Source: Eledone cirrhosa (lineage: Eukaryota). Taken from it: 64,000 nucleotides of DNA. The notes under the pieces were generated by a model. The model worked only from the letters and a program-made list of their open reading frames with translations. It was not told where the DNA came from and searched no databases. Shown piece by piece: positions 49,901 through 60,042 of the stretch (position 1 is its first letter; each line of letters begins with the position of its first letter). Where the stretch lies: the NCBI GenBank assembly GCA_964016885.1, contig OZ024742.1, positions 101,370,001-101,434,000 of the forward strand, read 5' to 3'. The position numbers were made by a program, and so were the translations under genes.

Positions 49901-52366
49901 TGTACAGCCCTGGTTAAGCAAGACTATAATCAAAAGCATTCTAATAATAACAGTCTTGTCTCATTTATATATCTAGGATTACCTTGTCCAATGAAGGGGT
50001 ACACACCTCCTTTGTAGCTCCAGTTAGAAATAGTGGTCAAATCTGTTTCATATCACACTCTGGCAGAGATGCATTAACCAGTAAGCAAAATAAACATTTG
50101 CTTAGAGTATCAAGAGAATAGGGGAACCATTTTTTTCAAATTAAATGTATTTGTCATTCCCCTAATTTTTTTTCTTTTTTGCAAACTTTATAGGGAGGGG
50201 GGCGGGCGGGCATAGTCTTTTAAGTACTTAGGGGCTTTAAAGAACTTAATTCAACCCCGCACTCAAGATATATTGGATAACGTGATTAAAAAGAAAAGCC
50301 TGGTATGCTAAAATATCTATAATGACATGCAGTAGAACATAACTAGCAGTGGCAGAGTAGGAGAAGAGATAACTGAGCTGTAGACAGAGGACCTGCAATA
50401 TTTCAAGGATCCCAAATTATAATTGTTTTTTTTTTTGCTACCCTAGCTAGTACACAAGAACCCTGATTAAATTTTCAGCCAAGGGCTTCATGCTGGCATC
50501 TGGCATTATTTCTATCTTCTGAGTTCAAATCCTGCTGAAGTCAACTTTGCCTTTCACTCTTCCCGGGGTTGATAAAATAAAGTACCTGTCAAAAACTGGG
50601 GTTGATATAATCAACTCTCCTCTTAACCCTACAAATTTCTGGCCTTGTGTGTAAATTAGAAATTATTATTCTCGGTGAGCCTGCCACTCCTCTTTTATAA
50701 AGATGTAGTTTTAGTTTTTCTGCATAAATGTAATACAATGTGGAAGTAAAAGATTTCTTCTACACATCCATTACTAGCACAACAACGAAGTTCTTTCTCT
50801 AGCTCACCCTGTCCAGCATTGCCATGTGAAGTTCCCATGCCTCCAATCCAGTGTTATCTTCGAGCAATTTCTTCAGTGTGATGTTTGGTTTTCCAACTCA
50901 TCTGGATACATCTTGTTTCCAGACCAGAACCCTGCCAGCTCAGCAAGCCCGTCACCTTATGATGTCAAAAATTCAAGGATATTTAGCAATTCATTTGTTA
51001 CATGTGCTTTCTAGGAGATGCTCTCGACCTTACTCAGCATTCATGGGAATGTCATTGATCTTCTTGGTGAGTGTTTTTGTTAATGTCCATGATTAACATC
51101 AGTAGAGGAGAATGAACTCAATTGTTCATGTATATATATATGGAGGTGCATGGCTTAGTGGTTAGAGCATTGGCCTTGCAATCGAAAGGTTGTGAGTTCA
51201 ATTCTCAGACCAGGTGATGTGTTGTTTCCTTGAGCAAGATACTTTATTTCCCATTGCTCCAGTATACTCAGCTGTAGAAATGAGATGATAGGACTGGGGT
51301 CCCTATCATTCCACTGCAAAGTGGTCGTGGAGGTGCCACGGCAAAAAAGCACCCAGCACTCACTGTAAATGAGGTTGGTGTTAGGAAGGGCATCCAGCTG
51401 TAGAAATCAAGCCAAAATCAGTTCCTGTCCCACCCTTGCAAGCAGGGAAAAGCGGACGTAAAATGATGATGATGATGTTCCTTTAAATAGCCTAATTCTC
51501 GTTGTTTTCTTGATTGGAGATAACCTGGCCTTTGATGGGAAGTTGCGAGTTCTCCATACCTTGCCTACCCTAGTGTACACATCATGTTGTGTGTTTATGT
51601 AACTGCCAAGGTAAAAGTCATCCACTTTTTCAATATCTAGTGCATGCATTTGTTTATTTGATGTTACATCGAGATGCATAAACTTTGTTGTGAGGGCATT
51701 CAGGAAGAGTCCAATGGACTGCGCTGTAGTCTTAATTCTATGTAATACGTACTCAGCTTTTTTATGATGTTTTCCATGTGAGCTATGTCATCTATATAAG
51801 CGAATTCGAATAGAATTTCTCTGGGAGCCTAGTACTCTGATGACTTTCCAGTGTTACTCATCTGATACAATGGTATTATCAAATGCATAATCCAGGCAGA
51901 TTAGAAAAAGGATGAAGTCAGAACCCCAAGGTGGACTCCGGTATAGATGGCGAATAAGTCTGTTTCCATCAGGTGACACCCGAAGTAAAAATAACATAGT
52001 ATAATCTTTACCTCGGAAGTATGAAAGGAAAAGTTGAACTTAGAAGCATGTGTCCAAAGCTCTAACGACTCTTCCAATTCACTGCTCTGGTTTGGAACAT
52101 AATAGAATTTTATAAATACAGCACGAGTCTCTATATGATTGTTTATTATTGTAAATATTTATTGCACGAGGGAGAAATTCTTGGTTTTTGTATGCAACGA
52201 TCAAACGAAAATAGGAAATAAACGTCTAAAACAAAATAATAAAAGAATTGAACGCTATAACAAATATCATATATATATAATCAAAATATTTACCACTGCC
52301 AAAAATCCCCGTGAAAACGAATTTACGGTGGTGTCGCTTAAAAAATTTTCTAATACATTCAAACAT
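28040..52366 (-). CDS. PEX3: Peroxisomal biogenesis factor 3, 13 coding exons, 1143 nt, 380 aa
   Basis: Thirteen GT-AG exons join in frame. The protein has an N-terminal basic cluster (KFFKRHHRKF) plus a hydrophobic segment, HFASNQKTC, LSMLP, LWTELK, FTR...LLLRVQLNIIG, PMAKFIP and AANIYEAF, all collinear with human PEX3 as I recall it. Confidence 0.94.
29424..29514 (-). CDS. PEX3: PEX3 exon 12 (SEIEIPMAKFIPII...IFFQ)
   Basis: Acceptor tttcag, donor gtatgt, 91 nt; PxAKxIP motif. Confidence 0.92.
30600..30965 (-). mobile_element. 3' fragment of an Expander-like RTE LINE
   Basis: QLQYFGHVVRMSQERITGQILQSKPTGRRPRDRPRAR. Confidence 0.75.
31148..31270 (-). CDS. PEX3: PEX3 exon 11 (SDDFHTVLFFCFDLGFS...)
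   Basis: Acceptor ttttag, donor gtaagt, 123 nt. Confidence 0.92.
31850..32015. repeat. Compound trinucleotide microsatellite (GGC/AGC/AAC/CAC/ATT)
   Basis: Consecutive in-phase trinucleotide runs. Confidence 0.9.
32280..34695 (+). mobile_element. RTE-clade LINE with 5' UTR remnant, AP-endonuclease, internal deletion of the RT N-terminal half, and short 3' tail
   Basis: ORF 32501..33631 (CMQE, SAYAPQ, GDFNGH, IDF, QHRLV) joins at about 33630 to HQGSVLSP/YADD of ORF 33589..34392; tail gcaagcagggaaaagcggacgtaaaatgatgatg. Confidence 0.95.
35040..35113 (-). CDS. PEX3: PEX3 exon 10 (VLSSRSSDDIFFHKMLSEMRDIVE)
   Basis: Acceptor ggtag, donor gtaata, 74 nt; ExRDxxES motif. Confidence 0.88.
35620..35895 (-). 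mobile_element. CRE-clade LINE, C-terminal restriction-like endonuclease remnant
   Basis: AARHAKEGKQSKYQPL...PVAVETFG...WLFQCISLAVLRGN matches the CRE pattern KxxKY...PxAxETxG...QRxSxAxQRGN. Confidence 0.75.
35925..36182 (-). mobile_element. tRNA-derived SINE (second family; also about 47330-47535 on - and 51141-51300 on +)
   Basis: Head gaggtgcgtggtcttgtggtaagc...gagttcgatt followed by the ttcttgagcaaaacactt core. Confidence 0.75.
36351..36510 (-). CDS. PEX3: PEX3 exon 9 (SISLKEKLT...PEDKPDV)
   Basis: Acceptor ttcag, donor gtaagt, 160 nt; lies within ORF 36321..36536. Confidence 0.9.
36654..36868. mobile_element. piggyBac-type MITE
   Basis: ttaa|tcctttagcattta ... taaatggtaaaggg|ttaa: TTAA duplication and short TIR. 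Confidence 0.8.
37097..37272 (+). mobile_element. Short RTE-derived element (GGAAGGGCATCC module plus tail ending in (GAT)n)
   Basis: Matches the reverse complement of 1330-1508. Confidence 0.8.
37605..37659 (-). CDS. PEX3: PEX3 exon 8 (GLRTLTEHVKAAVTKAVG)
   Basis: Acceptor ttgtag, donor gtaagt, 55 nt. Confidence 0.9.
38073..38148 (-). CDS. PEX3: PEX3 exon 7 (DLNTSCPTLDIQEQLLAVVEHLLGE)
   Basis: Acceptor tttaag, donor gtaaga, 76 nt. Confidence 0.88.
39042..39166 (-). CDS. PEX3: PEX3 exon 6 (SFTRTISAVY...LRVQLNIIGAYIY...)
   Basis: Acceptor tttgcag, donor gtaagt, 125 nt; lies within ORF 39033..39227. Confidence 0.95.
40290..40841 (+). mobile_element. Decayed RTE C-terminal/3' fragment leading into the minisatellite
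   Basis: RLYDACVRTAMLH...LRQLKRNEA...HVMH remnants. Confidence 0.75.
40842..42023. repeat. 28-bp minisatellite, about 42 copies, unit gacc(a/t)catccaatattggtgttacaata
   Basis: Direct tandem array without spacers, inside PEX3 intron 5. Confidence 0.97.
42170..42565 (-). mobile_element. Decayed RTE C-terminal fragment
   Basis: Minus strand reads SFCYLS..IVARVRTG..YDACM..AML..ETC..EASML. Confidence 0.75.
43550..43593 (-). CDS. PEX3: PEX3 exon 5 (SPENPLQLWTELKLS)
   Basis: Acceptor tttccag, donor gtaagt, 44 nt; retains the Trp of the PEX19-binding groove. Confidence 0.92.
45340..45421 (-). CDS. PEX3: PEX3 exon 4 (ALSMLPKLRE...QLKT)
   Basis: Acceptor ccactag, donor gtatac, 82 nt. Confidence 0.92.
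46826..46872 (-). CDS. PEX3: PEX3 exon 3 (RKQNHFASNQKTCNYT)
   Basis: Acceptor ttacag, donor gtaact, 47 nt; conserved HFxSNQxTC. Confidence 0.92.
48368..48452 (-). CDS. PEX3: PEX3 exon 2 (GVFIGLKYIQYK...AIYA)
   Basis: Acceptor tttccag, donor gtaaat, 85 nt. Confidence 0.9.
48504..48694. mobile_element. Tc2/pogo-type MITE
   Basis: TIRs ctgtatatactcaaatataagccaa / ttggcttatattcgagtataaacgg. Confidence 0.75.
50745..51980 (-). mobile_element. Old RTE-type LINE of a third family, interrupted at about 51120-51480
   Basis: FAYIDDIA, DDFYLGSYI, TRIRLFKG, SWTLTKTLTKKI and DTG..L..AMLDR remnants. Confidence 0.65.
51141..51477 (+). mobile_element. Composite insertion: SINE head, RTE module, and tail of a different RTE family
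   Basis: A/B boxes tggcttagtgg and gagttcaattc; 51311-51428 matches the reverse complement of about 8076-8241; 51434-51477 matches 34654-34695. Confidence 0.8.
52294..52366 (-). CDS. PEX3: PEX3 exon 1 (MFECIRKFFKRHHRKFVFTGIFGS)
   Basis: ATG at 52366, donor gtaaat, 73 nt. Confidence 0.9.
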
Positions 52367-52402
52367 TGTTAGTTAAATACGATCTACACGCTAAAATGCC
52401 AC

Positions 52403-52418
52403 TTAGACAGCCATTTTA
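52403..52418 (-). promoter_or_regulatory. YY1-like motif (AAAATGGC) overlapping a 3-codon uORF (Met-Ala-Val-stop) upstream of PEX3
   Basis: The minus strand reads aaaATGGCTGTCTAA; its ATG is 48 nt upstream of the PEX3 ATG. Confidence 0.4.
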
Positions 52419-53971
52419 TATATTATATGTTTAAGATTCCTTTCGTATTTAACTATGTATTAGAAAAGTAATTTATTTTCATTGAATATGTTAAATAAAA
52501 TTTACTTTGATTTTCTACATTAAATTCTAAGTTATATTTTACAAAATATTGCAATATATTAATGCGTCTCATAAGATTGTCTACTTTATTTGTGTTAGTT
52601 TCGTACAATCTTTTTTTAGCAGGGCAATGTGGAAATTTATTTATTTGTTTATTTATATTGCAAGTTACAGATTTCTGTGTTTTTGAGTGACAAAGGTCTA
52701 GGGACATGTTTTTCAGTTTCTCATTTCCCAATTATACATAGGCGAAACACGACACACATATATATATGTGATGTTTGATATATATATATATATATCATCA
52801 TCATCATCATCATCTCCGTTTAACGTCCATTTTTCACACTGGCATGGGTTAGACGAGTTATCCTGTTGTGAACAGTGCCAGTTCATGTAACCATGGCTTC
52901 CTCGTACAGAACTGATTTGGGATTGGTTTCTACTTTCTACAGCTGGATACCCTTCCTAGCGCCAATCTCATTTACAGTGTGGACTAGGTGATTTTTGCCC
53001 ATGACACCTACACGACCACTTTACAGTGTGCGCTGGATACTTCACCCGATGTCTGCTTCAGCCTGTACTCGTGGGAAGTCTGGTCATCTGTAATACCGCG
53101 TAACGCCAGAGATTTCGGTCCTGTGTCATCGCCTCTGGGTCTCCCCACTCCACGGCTTCCATCGACTCTGAGCGCTCTTCGTCTTTTTATACAGCTGCCA
53201 TCCTTCAAACGCATCATGTCCATACCAACGCGATCACCTCTCCTGCATACTGCATCTGATTCTTCTTATGTCTAGTTTCTCTCTAAGTACGTATATGCTT
53301 TGCTGTTCACGTATTACACAACCATCGGAGCATGCAAGCTTCGTTTCTTTCTAATCTATGCAAGTCTTCTGCACACAGTACCCAGGTCTCACTTTCATTT
53401 TTAGGGAAAGGCCTTTTGTAGCTAACTGGCAGTAGCTCCCTGAACTTCTATCCTGTTCTTACTCTGGCTACTATGCTTTCAGAACTCCCACCTCCGCTGC
53501 TAATTTGATCACCCAGGTAGCAGAAGCTGTCTACTGTTTCTGCCGAGCCTTCCCAGAATTTGATAGCGCTTGTTTCCTACTTGCTGTCCCGGTGCAACCG
53601 TTACATGTAAAACCTGCATTCTCAGCTAAACTTCCTGAGATTCCACTACATCTCTTGTGTACCCATAGTTTGCATTTGCGGCACAGGATGGAATTTCTAC
53701 CTACACCTTGCCTACATACTGAGCAAAGCCATTTCCCTGAAGGGATCAGAGTTCTGTTTTCTCTTCTACTTACGAGGATCTTAGTTTTTGTCAGGTTGAC
53801 TTTAAGATACCTTTTTTCTAGGCCTTACTTCCATGTTTGGAATTTCTTCTCTAGTTCTGCCATAGTTTCCGCTATGAATGTAAGATTATCCACGTACAGG
53901 AGTTCCCATAGGCAGCCGGTCTTAAACTCCTCTGATATAGCCTGTAGTACGATGATAAACAGGAGGGGTGA

Positions 53972-54360
53972 TGTAGTGGAACTACGTCGTACCTCGCAAT
54001 AGCAACATTTTCATATGCAATAAGGTTAAACTGACCAATGGTAAATCGCGTATGAATACATGGTCATTCTCTCTCACTGACTGGTAAAGAAGTACAGAGC
54101 TGACCAGGAGATGACTACGGGTGCGTGAAGAATTATTATAAAATGACCCCTACATTCCTTTCGACAATAAAAATTATATTTATAGAGGATTGAGCGTTAA
54201 AGAGATATTTATTTATATCCTGGAAGTCAGAAGCATGTTACTACCAATAAGAAGCGACCAACTCATCGACTAAGGTATTTCTCTTATATCGTTTGTAAAA
54301 ATAAGATCCTTAGAAGACTAAAAGATATAGGTTACATTTAACCTCTCACCCTATCTATAA
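53972..54360 (+). repeat. 5' LTR (about 390 bp)
   Basis: Starts TGTAG; 53972-54190 is repeated at 59819-60042; ends just before the PBS. Confidence 0.88.
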
Positions 54361-54362
54361 AA

Positions 54363-54374
54363 TGGTGACCCGAC
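54363..54374 (+). promoter_or_regulatory. Primer-binding site, tRNA-Trp type
   Basis: TGGTGACCCGAC directly after the LTR (one base short of TGGTGACCCCGAC). Confidence 0.75.
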
Positions 54375-54619
54375 TGTGAAGAATACATCCTACTCACAAA
54401 AAAAAAAATGTCATGACAATAAACGATTTTTCTTCGCACATGGCATTTTTGTTCAACATGGCGTCTCACCTTTTTCCTCACTGGTTCCCGCGCTTTTACT
54501 TTGGCCTACATAAGCGCACTCTCTTCTGTGGCAATGACACAACGGAACTTTGAAATTTTTTACATGTACGATAATATACAATCTTATTTAACATGTGTAT
54601 TAAAAACTACACTAGCTGT

Positions 54620-56221
54620 ATATCGATGTAAGTGGAGTTACTTAAATGAAAATATAGGTGGCTCTTAAAAGGGCCAAATTAGAAAACAAGTCATGGTTAT
54701 CAAAATAATTTATATTTTCATAGTCATGGTTATCAATGTAGAAAACAAGTCATTTTCACCAACAGTGGAGTTAACTTAAATGGAAATATAGGTGGCGCTT
54801 AAAAGGGCCAAATTAGAAAACAAATATCATTCTATCATCATCATTCTACGTCCGCTTTTCTCTGCTTGCAAGGTTGGGAATATAGGGTATGAATATATGG
54901 TTATCAATTTTTTTTCACCAACCTTATACATTTATGAAATGTTTAGAAAACATTTTTTTCACCAACCTTATTCAAAAGCATGGATACAGTCCACATGGCG
55001 ACAAGAGACAATCCCCACCAATCATCACCAACACCACGTGTAAATAAATAAACTTTAATCTTGACTTTGTGATAATACACGCATTTGCAAGTTGAAAAAT
55101 ATGAATTCTACAATATAGCCAAGTGTTAATGGAATTAACCATCGCTACCGATACGACAGCAGATACCATCAATTGGTTGAGAAATCGTGGACTTCTGAAT
55201 ACACAAAAAGTCTGCCCTTCATGTGGTGAACGCATGTTGAAAGTAGCGAAAAAAAATGTGTCAGATGGGATTATCTGGTCATGTGGAAGACCATGTAGAA
55301 AACAGGTGTCAATTAGAAAAGGCACATTTCTAGAAAATAGTAATTTGAAGTGTGAACAAATAGTTAATATATTGTATTATTGGGCAAAAGAAGATTTAGC
55401 CAAGAAGATTTCACAGGAATGTTGTATCGCGAATGTGGCCGCAACAGATTGGCGAAATTTTTGCCTTGATGTATGTGCAGAGTATTATATGGCATAAAAC
55501 ATTAAGCTTGGCGGGCCAAACCGAATTGTCGAGATTGACGAAAGCGCCTTCGTGAGAAGGAAATACCATGTTGGCCATCTGGTGAAAACACAGTGGGTCT
55601 TTGGTGCTTTGGAAAGAGGTACCAGAGGTACCAGAAGATGTTTTTTAGTAGCAGTAGAAGACCGGACAGCAGAGACACTTTTAGCCATTATACAGGATCG
55701 TATATTGCCTGGCACAAGTATAATATCTGATCTATGGCGCTCCTATAATACGATCGATCAGCTAGGCTATCAATATTTGACTGTGAACCATTCCATCAAT
55801 TTTGTTGATCCTGTAACATTTGCCACAACGAATCACATAGAATGCTTGTGGAATAAAAGGGAAAACGGAACAGCCAGAAATTTGCTTCAAACCCATCTAA
55901 TTGAATTCATGTGGTGGTATGAATTTAAAGGTGAAATTTTCAAAAAGTTATTAGAACATATTCGTCAATTGTATCCATGCTTTTGAATAAGGTTGGTGAA
56001 AAAAATGTTTCTAAGCATTTCATAAATGGTGAAAAAAATTTGATAACCATATATTTTTTTATAAACTTAAATTTACGACTTGTTTTCTACATTGATAACC
56101 ATGACTATGAAAATATAAATGAATAAATCAAATTTATTTGATAACCATGACTTGTTTTCTAATTTGGCCCTTTTAAGGGTCACCTATATTTTTATTTAAG
56201 TAACTCCACTTACATCGATAT
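54620..56221 (+). mobile_element. Merlin (IS1016/IS1595-like) DNA transposon with long inverted repeats; outer ends uncertain
   Basis: Inverted repeats 54620-54988 and 55970-56221 flank the transposase. Confidence 0.88.
55123..55986 (+). pseudogene. Merlin DDE transposase with one in-frame stop (55495-55497)
   Basis: Same-frame ORFs: CPSC..WSC..C zinc ribbon, VEIDES, WVFG, IISDLWRSY, VNHS, TNHIE. Confidence 0.9.
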
Positions 56222-56237
56222 GCTTTATTAAAATAAC

Positions 56238-56423
56238 TGTTTCTACTTTAGGCACAAGGCCAGCAAATTACCCAGTACATTACTGGTACTTTATTTTATC
56301 GACCCCGTAAGGATGAAAGGCAAAGTTAACCTCGGCGGGATTTGAACTCAGACTGTAAAGGGACGTAACTATGCTAGAAAGCATGGCGTCCAACCCTCTA
56401 CCGATACTGCCAATTCACCGCCC
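56238..56423 (-). mobile_element. Full-length tRNA-derived SINE (Meta-domain-like core) with a perfect 17-bp TSD
   Basis: TSD tgctttattaaaataac at 56221-56237 and 56424-56440; A-box tggcagtatcgg, B-box gagttcaaatcc, core gcctttcatccttacggggtcgataaaataaagtaccag. Confidence 0.92.
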
Positions 56424-56543
56424 TGCTTTATTAAAATAACGCGTGGTAATACGGAAATAAACGATGTTTACGATTGAGAAGGTTGACAAATGACGTCACC
56501 TTCACCTACTTTCACTTCTGACAGCTAATAGCATGACAGTGCC

Positions 56544-57124
56544 AAGACTTGATTACCGACCCGTCTCCGGAGGCTACCTATAGCAGCATAAAAAAAGAAA
56601 TTCTCAACCGCACTTCTGTCTCGGCGGAAAGGAAGTTCTGCACTCTAGTTAACGATGTGCATCTTGGCGACTGTACATCTACCCAACTCTTACGGAGGAT
56701 GAGAGAGCTTGCGGAAGACGCACCAGCTGACAGTGCCATGATCAAGCGACTTTTCTTCTCTAGGCTGCCTCCTAATGTCCAGGCCATTTTGGCAGCTATG
56801 ACTGAAATCAGTTTGGTGGATCAGTTGGCTTCATCCGGCAATTCTACCACTACTACCCCGTCACGACTTGCAACAAATTCTTCACCTTCTCCTGTCGCAT
56901 CAGTTTCAGCTAGCGCCACCTCGACCAACGAAGCAACACTCAAGGCCATCCGTGACCTAACGAAGGAGGTACAACTTCTTCGTTTATCCAGATCACGATC
57001 TCCCCAACAAAGGTTGCGAAATCGCTCGCAATATTCACATCGTCGTTTCCAGCCTTCACCATCGTGATCGTGCTGGTACCATAACCGTTTCGGAGCCTCT
57101 GCTCATAAATGTATCCAGCCTTAT
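56544..57124 (+). pseudogene. Gypsy gag, C-terminal part
   Basis: ORF 56549..57067 (LGDxxxTQLLRRM, LFFSRLP) continues in frame past TGA into CWYHNRFGASAHKCIQPY. Confidence 0.85.
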
Positions 57125-57199
57125 TTTTTTTCACACGAGGGAAACGAAGTAACGGAAAGCACAACGTCTTCTCCGCAATCCTATACTGAAAGTCGTGCA

Positions 57200-59680
57200 T
57201 TTTTCATTACAGATTCCTTCTCGCACGCACGTTGCCTCATCGACACGGGTGTGTCTTGCAGCATTTGGCCTTTAAAACTCTTGAGAGAGAAGCCTCCTCT
57301 CTCACAGATATCACTACAATCTATAAACCATTCTGCTATCCCTACGTATGGACAAATCTCTAGCTCTTTGGACCTGGATTTACGTAGAGATTTCTCATAG
57401 ATTTTCACCATAGCTGATTTGCCATATCCTATTTTAGGTGCCGATTTTTTGCATCATTACAATCTTATGGTTTATATGCGGACACGTCATTTACTAGACG
57501 CAACTACGAATCTTTCTGCGCCTGGACGTACTTCAGTAATCCAGTCTATCAGTCCAGTCTTCTATATTGCTACTTCGGATGACCCGTATCATGCGCTTTT
57601 GCATTCCTTTCCGGAATTAACTAATCTGAACTTTGTGGTAGATACCCTTACTCACTCTACCACGCATTTTATTGAGACTAAAGATGCTCCAGTTTTTTCA
57701 CGGCGGTGTTGCCTTTCTCCGGAAAAATTGAAAGCGGCTAAGGCAGAGTTTAATTATATGCTGCAGTTGGGTATCATTCGCCCTTCTTCCAGTCTGTGGG
57801 CCTCGCCTTTGCACATGGTACCGAAACGTTCGGGAGACTGGCATCCCACTGGAGATTTTCGGCGATTAAATTCGATCACCGTGCCGGACCGTTATCCAAT
57901 TCCTCACATCCAGGATTTCGCTTCTTCACTTCACGGATGTACTATCTTTTCGAAATTGGACTTCATCAGAGAATATCATCAAATTCCTGTGAATCCTGCG
58001 GACATTCCTACAACTGCGGTCACTACACCTTTCGGTGCATTCGAGTTTTTAACAATGCCTTTTGGATTACGCAATGCTGCTAGTACCTTCCAGCGATTTA
58101 TGGATGAAGTCGTCCGTGACCAAAATTTTGTATATTGTTACATCGACGATATTCTCATCGCGAGTGCTTCACCGGAGGACCATATCTCGCACCTCTGCCA
58201 ACTGTTTGAACAATATAGGCAGTACCAAGTTCGTATTAACCCTGCGAAGTGCATTTTCGGCGCTGCTTCACTCATCTTTTTAAACCACATGATTAACTCT
58301 GAAGGAATATTCCCACTTCCTGAGAAAGTGAAGGCTCTTCAGGAACTCCCTCCGCCTACTTCTTTGCGGCAGTTCCTAGGCCTCCTAAATTATTATCGAC
58401 GGTTTATCCCGTATTGCGCAAAACTCTTAGCTCCACTATCTCATCTCCTGCGTAACAGAAAGAAGAAGAACGAACCAATCGCTTTGCGACCCATGCAACT
58501 CGAAGCGTTCTCCAAAGCTAAACAGAATTTAGCAAATGCATCTCTGCTTGCACACCCTGTGTTTGGTGCCCAGTTTTTGCTGGTTGTGGATGCATCAAGC
58601 ACAGCGGTGGGTGCAGTATTGCAACATCATCACCAACTCATTTCAGCTAGATTCTTCTGGCCGAATATGAGACGTGATATCACTGCTTGGTCACGTTCCT
58701 GTTTGTCTTGTCAGAAGTCGAAGGTGCATAAATATATTCGCGCACCTCTCGGCACATTTAGCACACCTGACGCACATTTTTGCCACAATCATATCGTGGG
58801 ACCTTGGCCTGCCAGTCGTTTATACATCCTGACCTGCATTGACCATTTCACTCGATGTCCTGAAGCCATCCCACTTAGTGACATAACTGCTGAATCAGTA
58901 GCGCGATCTCTGGTTTCAGGATGAATATCGCGCTATGGAGTTCCTACCACTATTACTACAGACTGTGGTAGGCAGTTTGAATCTCAACTTTACACAGATC
59001 TATCAAATATTATCGGCGCTCAACGCATCAGGACTACCAGTTACCAGCCTTCATCTAATGGGATGGTAGAGCGTTTTCATCGCCAGTTAAAGGTCGTATT
59101 GCGTGCCTATCCGGATACTCTACATTGGAGCGACTACCTCCCCATAGTACTACTCGGTATCCGCACTTTAATTAAAGAGGACCTTGGATTCTCTTCAGCC
59201 GAGCTTTTGTATGGCACTACTTTATCTTTGCCAGGGCAGATGCTTGCCCCAGTCGACCTTTCTACTCAGGACCCATTTGTGTTCGTATTTTCAAGTCCTG
59301 CCTCCTATGAACACTAGGTAACAAGCCATTAAATCTTCGGTTCCGAGGGACATTGCCTCGTGAACCCATGTTTTTGTCAGAAATGACGCAGTGAGAAGTC
59401 CTTTCACTCCACCTTATTCTGGACTCTCGCGTACTTGCACGTACAAACAAACATTTCACCATTGACTTTAATGGACATAAAGACACTGTCTCTATTGACA
59501 GACTAAAGCGGGCCTACACAGATGCTCTCACACCAGAGCCTCATACTTCCCCACTCCTACAATGTGTCAATACAAATACCACCGCAAGCACCACAATCAC
59601 ATACAAACACTCCTTTACCTTCAAACTATATCATGACAACTCGTAGTGGTTGTCATGTCCATTGGCCCAAGAAACTTTGA
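57200..59680 (+). pseudogene. Gypsy pol (PR-RT-partial RNase H-integrase), disrupted
   Basis: [52 protein letters not shown]. Confidence 0.92.
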
Positions 59681-59818
59681 AAAACAATTTACATATGAAC
59701 TATTTTTTTTTAAATCTTTTTTCTTCATTTTTGTATTAGCTTTGCATGACTTATGTTACTTTTGCAGACATTTTCTCCTCATTTTTATCGACTGCTTTCC
59801 AGTCTAAGCAGAGAGTGA

Positions 59819-60042
59819 TGTAGTGGAACTATGTCGTACCTCGCAATAGCAACATTTTCATATGCAATAAGGTTAAACTGACAAATGGTAAATCGCGTAT
59901 GAATACATGGTCACTCTCTCTCACTGACTGGTAAAGAACCACAGTACAGAGCTGACCAGGAGATGACTACGGATGCGTGAAGAATTATTATAAAATGACT
60001 CCTAAATTCCTTTTGAGAATAAAAATTATATTTATAGAGGAT
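59819..60042 (+). repeat. 3' LTR, truncated; preceded by a purine tract
   Basis: Copy of 53972-54190, following aagcagagagtga. Confidence 0.9.

Larger units (their letters stand above)
53972..60042 (+). mobile_element. Ty3/Gypsy LTR retrotransposon, CsRn1-clade-like, degenerate
   Basis: LTR pair; tRNA-Trp-type PBS; gag with CHCC-type knuckle; PR (LIDTG), RT (YIDD), RNase H, integrase order. Confidence 0.93.

Noticed and set aside
51141-51230. tRNA gene (A and B boxes), likewise 56330-56423
   Set aside because: No complete cloverleaf, and it continues into a multi-copy SINE body
53961-53971. Polypurine-tract-like aggaggggtga before the 5' LTR, suggesting an aberrant integration
   Set aside because: On the minus strand it is the LINE's own Ser-Pro-Leu-Leu codons (tca ccc ctc ctg); the resemblance is coincidental
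55123-55986. Bacterial IS1595/ISXO2 insertion sequence or contamination
   Set aside because: The motifs fit the eukaryotic Merlin relatives of IS1016, and the element is interleaved with host SINE and RTE fragments
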